Part shown: one piece after another, positions 49,906 to 61,005 of the stretch
Layout: each line of letters starts with the position of its first letter
Numbering within the stretch: position 1 is the stretch's first letter
Origin: Mobula hypostoma
Taxonomy: Eukaryota
DNA length: 64,000 bases
Reading direction: 5' to 3'
NCBI RefSeq assembly: GCF_963921235.1
Contig: NC_086098.1
Span: forward strand, 5,022,001 to 5,086,000
Translations under genes and position numbers: made by a program
The notes under the pieces: model-generated
What the model was told of the DNA's origin: nothing
The model's input: only the letters and a program-made list of their open reading frames with translations
Database searches by the model: none

Positions 49906-50819
49906 GGCTACAGAATACCTTTTTAGAACAGTGTTCTCGAACAAAAGATTGTTTTCCTACCATTCGAGTTGCATATCTAAGGGGTTTTAAGAGTCTCTGA
50001 ATCATAGTTATTTAAACAAATAAAAAAAAGGATGCAGGACCGTTTAAACACAAGAGATTCTTCAAGTGCTGGAAATTTAGAGCAACACTCACAAAATGTC
50101 GCAGGAACTTAATGGTCAGGCAACATCTATGGAGAGGAATAAACAGTTAACATTTTGGGCTGAGATTCCTGATGAAATGTCTTGGCCCAAAACACAGACT
50201 CTTTATTCCTCTCTATTGATGCAGCCTGACCTGGTGAGTTCCTCCAGCATTTTGTGTGCTGTGGGAATGTTTACATTGGTTTATTATATAGAATTGGTGA
50301 AATAAATTCAAAGCAAGAGATTGGCAAAGTTGAACATCTAAAGGAGGGAAGAAATGGGTAAACAGAGGTAAATGTTAGGTATTTCAGAATTATCTAACAG
50401 ATATTACCATAATAAAGTTACTCCAAGTAGCATATGTTGGAAAGTTTTAAAAATGAATCCTAGGCTGAACACATCTAACAGAGGTACCAATTTATATTCA
50501 ACTCCCTCTCATCCCATGAGGGCCAACAAATATCTTGTGTAATTTCAGAAAATCTCAAAATCTGCACAATTAAAATATCAGTGAAGACTATGTAGTGTAA
50601 AGATTATATATTAGAATGGTAGGTCGGAAAGAAACCTTTGTTCTTCTTAGAAAAGCATCTAATTGCAATTACACCTTGTATTCCCATGATCCTATTTATG
50701 CTATAATTAACACAGTGTGACATTCTCTTTTGATTAGTCATAGTGTCAACTACATAAACCAATCTATTCATCTTCCTATTTTTGAAGAAAAACCTTTTTT
50801 CCTTCTAATCTTGTATGTC

Positions 50820-51375
50820 CAAGGTTCAAAGTTCAAAGTAAATTTATTATCAAAGTACATATATGCCACCATATACAACCCTGAGACTCATTTTCAATTC
50901 ATACTCAATTAATCTATAGAATAATAACCATAACAGAATCAACAAAAGACCACACTCAACAGGACAGACAAACAACCAATGTGCAAAAGACAACTATCTG
51001 TTCAAATACAAAAAGAAAGAAAATAAATAAACAAACAATAAATATCAAGAACATGAGATGAAGAGTCCTTGAAAGAAAGTCCATAGGTTGTGGGAACAGT
51101 TCGGTGATGGTATGAGTGAAGTTGAGTGAAGTTATCCCTTCTGGTACAAGAGCTGATGGTTGAGGGGTAATAACTGTTCCTGGACCAGGAGGTGTGGGTC
51201 CTGAGGCTCCTCTACCTCCTACCTGATAGTTGAGGGGGTAATAACTGTTCCTGAACCTGGTGGCGTGAGTCCTGAGGCTCCTGTACTTTCTTCCTGATGG
51301 TTGAGGGGTAATAACTGTTCCTGAACCTGGTGCTGTGAGCCGTTCCCGATGGCAGCAATGAGAAACGAGCAGGCC
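50820..51375 (-). mobile_element. Rex1/Babar-type 3' tail with a triplicated segment
   Basis: ttgaggggtaataactgttcc occurs three times (encoding RNSYYPST in the antisense direction). Same tail as 7615-8118. Confidence 0.7.
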
Positions 51376-51981
51376 TAGATGTTGCAAACGTCCATCTCAC
51401 ATGTCCAAGAATCAATACAATTTCTGGCACTCAGCAAGATAATGTGTTAGTTTTTTGCATTGTCTGTGCAGAACACACATACACACACACATAGCACAGC
51501 AATGCAATAACTCGAATTGAGTATGACGTTCTCCTAAGAGGTTGGCTATCCCTGGGTCCTCATCCTCAGGTGGCTGTAGAGGCTGATCCAGGATCTACAT
51601 AGTCAGGATGTGAGGGTGGATTCCCTTATTGGGGAATGCCTGTGCATGGCTTTGGTTAAGGTGGACAGGCTGATGCACGGGCAGCCACCACACGGTCCTG
51701 GACAGATCGGGTTGAGGATCCAGAGGCACAGTGTGTAAGATGACTGGGGATTCTTCCCTGCTGCAGCCTTCCTCTGCCTTCACTGCTGTTGTGAGGTGTC
51801 AGCATCGTCCACCAGCTCCACCGATGAGCTCGTGGTTGGATCGCTCTTTGTCTGGACTCTCCCCCTTGACCTTACCACCATGAATAACCCTAAACTCCAG
51901 ACCCCATTGCACTTGGGATCGCAGGAACTCACAAGCTTCTGGGCCATGACAAGGTGATAGTCCTAGGACACAAATGCACAC

Positions 51982-52436
51982 AAGGATGTTACCTGGATTG
52001 GGGAGCATGCCTTATGAGAATAGGTTGAGTGAACTCGGCCTTTTCTCCTTGGAGTGATGGAGGATGAGAGGTGACCTGACAGAGGTGTATAAGATGATGA
52101 GAGGCATTGATTGTGTAGATAGTCAGAGGCCTTTTCCCAGGGCTGAAATGGCTGCCGCAAGAGGTCACAGGTTTAGGGTGCTGGGGAGTAGGTACAGAGG
52201 AGATGTCAGGGCTAAGTTTTTCACGCAGAAAGTGGTGAGTGCGTGGAATGGGCTGCCGGCAACGGTGGTGGAGGCAGATAGGATAGGGTCTTTGAAGAGA
52301 CTTTTAGATAAGTACATGGAGCTTAGAAAAGTAGAGGGCTATAGGTAAGCCTAGTAATTTCTAAAGTCGGGACATGTTCGGCACAACTTTGTGGGCCGAA
52401 GGGCCTGTATTGTGCTGTAGGTTTTCTATGTTTCTA
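51982..52436 (+). mobile_element. CR1 (subfamily 'C') 3' fragment
   Basis: Close match to 20189-20660; ORF 52064-52348. Confidence 0.92.
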
Positions 52437-52479
52437 AGTGCACTTGCACGTGTATACACACACACACACAAATGTGCAC

Positions 52480-54030
52480 ACACACAAAGCTTGTGGCTAA
52501 ACCGTGGTTATTTGACAAAATGCCGAATTTTTTCTTCGGTTGGGAAGGCAGCACCCTCAGCTGACTTCTGTATTGTATATGTTGCACAGGGGCTGCAGAG
52601 GAAGTGAGGAACGATGAACTTTAAGTCGGCGTTCCGTTGCGAATATGTCACTTGGCAATCAAGTCACGTCGCCGAAACTGCATTAACAAGCGAGGTCCAC
52701 AGCTCTGAGCGGGGTTTCCTCGAAACGAGCTGCGCGAATTGATCGTACAAGAGCAAGGCTAACAATTGCAAATGCATCGAACACAACAAACATCTATTTT
52801 GCAGCCACTGCTTTGGAATGGCAGGGGAATGTTGGAAGCGGATTACCGTGCGAGATTTGCCATGAATCACGGCCCACTTGGAAAGATGAATCGTTGACTG
52901 AACGGCGTCGCGAGTGTGGCCGCTCACTACACTTCGACTGATCGGAACACAATGATGGGTTCGCAACGTGATTGGTGGCCGCACATTATTAGCTGACAAA
53001 GTTTTAATAGGCAGTCAAAAGATATTTTGATTTTAAACAGCCCCGGGCTTTCTCGATTCTCTGCAAGACTCCGTGGGACATTTTTGGTGGTGGCGTTATC
53101 ATTTCACGTCGACTTCGAAAGAATGATACGAAAAAAAATCAAACCTATCGACATTCAGATACACAAAAGGTCATTTGAATTCCATAGGCGCTGCTATCTT
53201 TATATTGTTATTTTTAATTCTACAAACCTTTTCAACATTCAAGACTGTTTAATGTCTCTTCACGTTTACGAGTGTAAAAGAGACGAAATAATTGTTACTC
53301 CGGATCCAATCCAGTATACACAAAAACACACACTAAGCATAAAGAACACCACAATAATAAATAAATAAAAATACATAAGATAGCTTATATAATAGAAAAA
53401 TCTGTGAAAAGGTATTTGCAAATCGTGCGTTAACACTGAATTCATGGAAGAACATAAAATAAAATTATTAACGCGGAATGTTCTGCCAACATAAAGGAAA
53501 CGAAGCGATGCGGCGTTGCAGTCCCATCCCAGCGATGGACAATACTTGCAGGTGCAATCGGTGAATGAACCATACTTTTACAACGCATTCGCGGGTACAG
53601 TACTCACAATTTCAGAATCGGATCCGCGTCAGCCGGGGAAAAACAGATCTGGCAGAGAATCCCATTTTAAGGAGGAGAACAAAAGGTCTCCCCCTGTCCC
53701 CTGTGCCCCCGGGTGCTTTGGAGCCGGCGTTTGCTGCGGGTATCTGACGGCAGGCTCCGTTTTCGCCACCGCAATGCCTTTGTTCGACAGGAAGTGGCGT
53801 CTACCCGTCACTTTTCAGCGAAGTGGGAGCCGCAGCGCTGTTCGCCCCAGCATCGCTCCCTCTCCACTCCGACCCCGGGGGCTGGGCACGTTTACATGCC
53901 GTGGGCTGGACGCCAGGAGGGGCATGGGCTGACGGTACTCCCCCCCCACCCCCATCGGCCGGGTGTCCCGGGCACTACGGTGCGACAGACCGGGGTCTCG
54001 ATGTGAACACACGGTCCCTAAGCGTCCAGT
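52480..54030. promoter_or_regulatory. CpG-island-like, largely non-repetitive region; probable host gene promoter or first exon
   Basis: CpG density is visibly much higher than in the flanks. ETS GGAAGTG (~52600, ~53790), GTCACGTC (52663), TCGCGAG (52908), ACTACA (52926) and ATTGG (52971). Confidence 0.65.
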
Positions 54031-54039
54031 AAATGGTTT

Positions 54040-56530
54040 CAAGATCATTTATTCAAGAAATGTCATTTCCAGCACTCGGGTAAAGGAGAACGAAAGAATT
54101 GTTACTCCGGATCCGATGCAGCACACAAGCACACAGCTCGATAAAGAAAACAATACCAACTACACACAATAATAATACACATAAGCTAGTCTATATATGT
54201 AGATTGATTGTATGTCCATAAAGCGAGTCTAGACTGCACATAAGGTAACCGACGGGAAATAATAAAGTAGTGGTGGAGCTGGTGGGTGGAGGTGTTGATC
54301 AGCCTTACTGCTTGGGGAAAGTAACTGTTTTTGAGTCTGGTGGTCCTAGAGTGGATGCTAGGTAGCCTGATGGGAGTGGAACAAGCAGTCCATGAGCAGG
54401 GTGTTTGGGATCCTTCCTAATGTTACTGGCCCATTTCCCATCACCTTCTTGTATATATGTCCTTGCTGTTGGGTTGACTGGTGCTGAAGATGTGTTGGAC
54501 AGTTTTAACTACCCGTTGCAGAACCTTTCTGTCCGTCACTGTGCAGTTTCCATACCAAGCAGTGATGAAGCCTGTTAGAATGCTCTCTACTGCGCATCTG
54601 TAGAATGATGTTAGTACAGATGTGCATAGTCCAGCTCTTTTCACCCTCCTCTGGAAGTAGAGGTGTTGGTGAGCTTTTCTGATCGTGTAGGATATGTCTG
54701 GGGCCATGACAGGTTGTGTGAGATGTTCTTGTTCAATGTTTGGTTTGAATGAGATTTTAATGCTTTAATGCTTTTGAACATTTGCATTATCTTTAAAGGA
54801 TCTTGATTTTTGCTTTTGAATCTCTGAGACATTCAGAAATACTTGGCCTTGGATGCTTTTGTCATTGTCATGAGCTACGGCTATCCAGGCTATCAGATTA
54901 GATTAGATCAATTTATCAAAACTCAAGTTCGCGTTCAAGTTTAAGTTTATTGTCATTCAACCGTACAAATGCATACCACCAAAAGAAAGAATGTTCCTCT
55001 AAACCAAGGTGTACAGCACAGTACAAATAACTCACACACACACAACACATATAGAAATATTACCACAAATAAATTAGCAAACAGTAAGCTGTACCTGCAA
55101 CTCAAGTCTAAGAGAAAACAGCAATAAAACTACTGGCGCTTCATACATGGTTCAAAGTTCAAAGTAAAATTTATTATCAGAGTACATACATGTCACTTCA
55201 TAAAAACTCTGAGATTCTTTCTCTGCGGATCTATAGAATAGTAACTGTAAACAGGATCGATCAAAGAGAAAGAGCGTAGAAGAACGCAAACTGTTGGAAT
55301 GTAACTATAAATAAATAGCAATAAATAATGAGAGCATGAAATAACAAGATAAAGGGTCCTTAAAGAGAGATCATGTTTTGTGGGAACATCTCAATAGAAA
55401 GAGTGTAATTATCCTCTTTTGTTCAGGAGCCTGATAGCTGAGGGGTAGTAACTGTTCTTGAACCTGGTGGTGCGAGTCCTGAGGATCCTGTATCTTCTGC
55501 CCGATTCCAGCAGTGAGGAAAGAGCATAGCCTGGGTGGTGAGGACCTCTGATCATGGATGCTGCTTTCTTATTGCAGTGTTTCGTGTGGATATACTCAAT
55601 GGTTGGGAGGGCTTTACCTTTTATGCCCGGGCCAAATCCTTTATCTTTTGTAGGATTTGCTGTTCAAAGGCATTGGTGTTCCCATACCAGGCCGTAATAC
55701 AGCCAGTCAATACACTTTCCACCAGACATCTGTACAAGTTTGCCAAAGATTTTGATGTCATGCCAAATCTCCACAGACTCCGAAGGGAGTAGAGGCGCTG
55801 TCATGCTTTCTTTGCAATGACATTTAAATGACGGGTCCAGGACAGCTCCTCTGAGATAGTGACACACAGGAATTTAAAGTTACTGCCCTCTCTGCCTCCG
55901 ATCCTCTGATGAGAACTGGCTTATGAACATCTGGTTTCCCTCTCCTGAAGTCTACAATTAGCTCTTCAGTCTTACTGACATTGAGTGAGAGGTTGTTGTT
56001 ATGACACCACTCAGCCAAGTTTTCAATTTGCCTCATCACCTTTGATACGGCCCACGACAGTGGTGTCATCAGCAAACTTAAATATGGTGTTGGAACTGTA
56101 CTTATCCACACAAGTCATAGGTGTAAAGCAGAAAGAGCAGTGGGCACAGCACCATGGAGACCTGGGTTGTGGCAGTGAGTTCAGTAGTCTCACAGTCTGG
56201 GAGAAGAAGCTGTTTTCCATCTTAACAGTCCATGTCCTAATACTTCGGTACCTGCTCCCTGATGGTAGGGGTTCAAAGAGATTGTGGGATGGATGGAAGG
56301 TTCACTGTCAATGCTTAGGACCTTCCGTATGCAGCTCTCCTGAAAAACATCTCTATTGGATGGAAGGGAGACCCCGAGGATCCTCTTAGCAGTTACATGA
56401 GGAGTAGCAGTCAATGTCTTGCATTCCCACAATGGGCAGTGATGCAGCTGTTCAGGACACTCTTGGTGGTGTTCCTGTAAAAATTAGTTAAAATTGCCTC
56501 AGTCTCCTCAGGAAGTGGAAATGGGTACAT
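54040..56530 (-). mobile_element. Cluster of degraded Rex1/Babar-type LINE fragments
   Basis: ORFs 54441-54707 (FYRCAVESILTGFITAWYGNC), 55824-56111 (WCHNNNLSLNVSKT) and 56023-56220 (FKFADDTTVVG). Confidence 0.8.
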
Positions 56531-57087
56531 CACGTGTACATCGAATGTCACAGTGTGCGCTGGCAATGACTGAACCCAGTTGCAGAGAAATGACAGATTC
56601 CCATGTAGAGATGGAAACAAGAGCTTATACAGGAGAATTCCAAAAAAACATCGGTGGCTCGACTGAGCAACAGATCATTCTCAACACAAGGACCCCGTAA
56701 TAAGCCCTAACCAGGAGCCTGCTTTAAATAATGAAAGAGTGTGGAAATCCCATGCCAGTCAAAATAAATGAAAAGAGTAAACAGAAAGCACAAGGAGTTA
56801 ACGACTCAGTTAAGAAACCTTGGAGCAGAATGCTATATAGTTTGACGCAGAGGCCCACATGGCCCATAACATCAAAACTTACAGCGAAATCCACTGTTTG
56901 TATTAACAAACAACACAACCTAAGGATGTGCTGGAGGCGGCCCACAAGGTTCACTACACATCCAGTGACAGCATAGCATGTCTACCAGGTTCAGAAGAAC
57001 AACACGCAGGCAACATACAACAAACAGCAGTAAAAACAATGGTATAAAACAACAAAGACAAAACAAGCCCTGTTCCCAGATTCCCTG

Positions 57088-57091
<4 letters not shown>

Positions 57092-57118
<27 letters not shown>
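57092..57118. repeat. (CA)n microsatellite
   Basis: Uninterrupted CA run adjacent to the RTE 3' end. Confidence 0.95.
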
Positions 57119-60100
57119 GTCACTTCACTTCGGTTGTCCATGAAAATCCAATGACGACGTCCACTCCTTTAACGGTGAGATCTTTGATAACTATACAGTC
57201 CTACCCTGGACCCACAAGCTCCACTGCAGGTGGGACATGTATATGTAGTAATAGTGGTGGTAGTGGTGGCAACGATGGCTGCATTTCTCCTGGCTTTCTT
57301 CTGCCGTCTTCTAATTGTTCTTTCCATCTCCAGAATATGAACCCCGTCCCTACACAGCTGTCGCCAAGTGGTACAGTCAGTAACAACCTCCTCTAGGTCC
57401 TCAGGTCTGATCTTGCACTTCCTTAAAGCATTTTTCATCTGATCCTTATAGCACTTCTTCGGCCCTCCAGCTGAGCGTCGACCATGATGTAGCTGGCTGT
57501 ATAACACTCTGCAGGGTAGCCCCACGTGCCCCAGCCACTGCAGTTGACACTGGGTGATCATGGTGTCAATACTCCTGCAGTTGGTCTTTACAGGTATTTC
57601 AGAGTGAGGCACCCGCTCACGCCAGGTAATTCCCAGGATGTGCTGGAGGCAGCTTATGTGGAAGCGCTCCAAGGACTTGATGTGACGGCTGTAGGTTACC
57701 CAAGCTTCACAGCTATAAAGGAGGGTGGTGACACAGACTGCTTGGTATACAGCGAGCTTTGTGGAGGGACGAAGGCTCCTGTTCTGAAAGACTCTATGCC
57801 GAAGTCTCCCAAAGGCAGCTGATGCCTGTTTAATGCGGCTCTGGACGTCGTTGTCAATGCCGCTATCCTCAGAGAGAATGCTCCCCAGATATTTGAAAGA
57901 TGGCACTACTGACGGCTTTTCATCACCAACAGTGAAAGCAGGTAGAGTGGTGGGACTCTGGTACTCCATTGGCGAACCACTTCTGTCTTGGTGGTATTGA
58001 CAGTCAGCCCCATCCTGCTGTACGCTCTCACCGCCACAGCAAGGACAGTCTGAAGATCCTCCGGAGTATGGGCCACAAGAGCACAGTCGTCTGCATACTG
58101 CAGCTCCAGGACCCGCTCTCTACGGAGTTTGGTGGTTGCATGGAGCCTTCTGATGTCAAAGAGGTTGCCATCTAATCTGATGTCCACTGCCACACTGCTG
58201 CTGTCTTCGATCTCGTTGTGGAGAAGCTTGGTAACACACAAGAGGAAGATGCACTGGCGCTAGCACACACCTGTGCGTACGAGGAAGGGCTCGGACTCTT
58301 GGCCTCCTATGGTCACCCGTGCAGTCATCCCATCGTGGAACTGACAGAGGATGATAACAAATTTATTGGGACAGCCAAACTTGAGGAGGACATCCCATAA
58401 GAGCTCTCTTTGCACAGTGTCGAATGCTTTGGAGAGGTTGACAAAGGCCATAAACAGGTCCTGATGTTGCTCCCGGCACTTTTCCTGAAGCTGTCGGACT
58501 GTGATGATCATGTCGATCAAGCTCCTGTTCTTCCTAAATCCACACTGTGATTCAGGCAGCATTGACTCGGTGATGTTGCTGATGAGTCTCTGAAGCATCA
58601 CCTTAGCCAGGACCTTTCCAGCAACAGAAAGCAGTGATATGCCCCTACTATTGCCGCAGATGGCCTTGTCACCATTGTTTTTATAAATGACAATGACGTT
58701 TGTATTTCTCCATTGCTGTGGGATGTTCTCATCAGTCCAGGTCTTGGGGATGTACTGGCAGAGGGTGCGCATACACATGTACCCTTCGTTCTTCAGTAAC
58801 TCAGCAGGGATATTGTCAATGCCAGGGGAATTGTTGTTCTTAAGGGAATGGACAGCTGATAGAACCTCCTGGAAGGTTGGTGGTAGACTGAGGTCGTGAA
58901 TAGGAGGAAGTTCAGGCAGTTTGTCCAGGATGGTGGGCTGTGCGTCAGAGTCCTGATTAAGCAGGGTGTTAAAATGCTCAGCCCACCTCAGCAGAATGGT
59001 ATTCTGATTCTTCAGAAGTGTTAGACCACCTGCTGTTTTCAGGGGAGTAATGCATCGATTTATTGGGCCGTAGATGGTTTTGACAGCATTGTAAAAATTA
59101 TGCATGTCATTATTATCAGCAAAAGACTGGATTTCATGTGCCTTTTCAGTCCACCACTCATTTTGTATGGCCCATATTTCCTTTTGCATTTTCCTCCGAG
59201 CTACCTGCCAATGCTGTCTGATGCTGGTGGATGAAGGGTTGTCTAAAGTTGCTCGGTGTGCTTTGTGCACGTCCTTAAGAAAGTTGTGGATGGTGTCTGA
59301 GTTACCGTCAAACCAGCCTTGGTGGTTCCTGCTCTTATGGCCGATGGATTGGGCTGCTGCCTCATGGAGTGCAGAGCTGATATAGGTCCACTGCTGTTCC
59401 ATGGTATTTTCCGAGCTCAGACAAGGTTCCAACTCCCTTAGTTTCTCAGCTAGGATGCGTCGAAACTCACTTCTTGCTTCTGTGTTTCTCAGGCGGTTGC
59501 AATTTAGTCGCTTTTTATTGGGTTTTTGCAGCCGCAAGGGGGGACGCACTTTCATATGGAGCTTGGCCACAATCATACGGTGGTCAGTCCAGCACCCAGC
59601 ACCTCGCATGGCACGGGTGATGAGAACATCCTTGATGTCACTACGTCTCACAATGATGAAGTCGATCATGTGCCAATGTTTAGAGCGAGGGTGCATCCAC
59701 AAGGTTTTATATTTTGCCTTCTGCTTGAAGATGGTGTTGTTTATGGTAAGGTTATGCTCAGAGCAAAGAGTAAGTATCCTCATGCCATTTGCATTCACCT
59801 TGCCAATACCATGCCTACCTAGCACTCCACTCCATATCCTATTGTTCTGTCCCACCCTAGCGTTGAAGTCCCCAAGCAAAAGGACTTTATCATTCTTAGG
59901 GATCTGGCAAAGAGCTTCATCCGATGTCTGATAAAAGCATTCCTTAGCCTCATTCTCAGATGGCAAAGTTGGTGCATAGGCACTGAGAAGCGTGGCATAA
60001 CGTTTCTTTGCCAGGGGGAGACGGAGGGTCATTAGTCTTTCACTAATATCAACAGGTGTTTCTCTGAGACTTGGTAGAAAGGTGTTCTTGATGGCCAAGC

Positions 60101-60650
60101 CTACTCCGTGGAGATGTTGTCCACCTGGGGGGAAACCTTTCCAGAAGAAGGTGTAACCCATCCCTTCCTCTGTTAAAGAGCCTTCATCCAGGAGCCTGGT
60201 CTCACTCAGGGCAGCAATGTCGATGTTGTAGCACCTCAGCTCAGCAGCGATCAAGGCTGTTCTCCGGTGAGGTCTGTCAGAGATGCCATACGAGTCCAGG
60301 AGAGCCCTTACATTCCATGTTGCCGGTTTTAGGTTGTATTGTTTCTTATTTCGACCTCAGTAGTGGAATAACCCAATAGACGCGGTAACCCATCCAGGTG
60401 AGTGATTGAATGGGCAATTTTTAGGCCGCCTTTTCTAGGCCCTTCCCCAGTTGTGGTGAGCAGTGGAGTCCCTAAACAGGGCTGCTCGGTCGCACAGGGG
60501 TCTGCTGAAAACAGCTGCCACTCAGCCCCAGCTGCTAGCGACCAAATACCCTGTGCCGCTGCCGTGCAGGGTTCTGAATAGGAGCTCCCAGTCCACTCGT
60601 ACCTGCTCCCATTGCCAGATGCCCCATCGCCCCATCAGACTTCAACCATA
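57119..60650 (-). mobile_element. Near-full-length RTE-clade LINE (single APE-RT ORF, frameshifted)
   Basis: ATWNVRAL, IDIAALSETR, LLGDFNARVG, WMHPRSKHWHMIDF, CWTDH, LPESQCGFR, LSKAFD, ELQYADD, FKYLGS and a C-terminal CPTC...H. Short GAAGT repeat tail. Confidence 0.95.
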
Positions 60651-60654
60651 TGTA

Positions 60655-61005
60655 AGGTCCAGGATGTCTTGGATCGGGTACAGAATATTCTGAAGGGCGA
60701 GGGTGAGCAGCCAGTTGTCTTGGTACATGTTGGTACCAGTGACATAGATAGGAAAAGGGAGGAGGTCCTGAAGAGAGATTTCCAGGAGTTAGGAAGGAAG
60801 CTGAGAAGCAGGACCTCCAGGGTAGTAATCTCGGGATTGCTACCTGTGCCACGTGCTAGCGAGGGCAAGAATAGTCGGATCAGGCAGATGAATGCGTGGC
60901 TGAGAGACTGGTGTAGGGGGCAGGGCTTCAGATTCTTGGATAATTGGGATCTCTTCTGGGGGAAGTATGACCTGTTCAAAAAGGACGGGTTACACCTGAA
61001 CCCAA
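60655..61005 (+). mobile_element. CR1 ORF1 (SGNH) fragment interrupted by the CR1-B insertion
   Basis: VLVHVGTSDI...RVVISGLLPVPRA...KKDGLHLNP. Confidence 0.9.

Noticed and set aside
53270..54180. Direct repeat attgttactccggatcc at ~53291 and ~54098 as a special regulatory repeat
   Set aside because: Both sit within similar A-rich minus-strand retroelement 3' tails, so they are two copies of a dispersed repeat.
12509..58420. CACAGTG heptamers as V(D)J recombination signals
   Set aside because: None that I saw has a properly spaced ACAAAAACC nonamer or an adjacent V/J segment, and several lie inside TEs.
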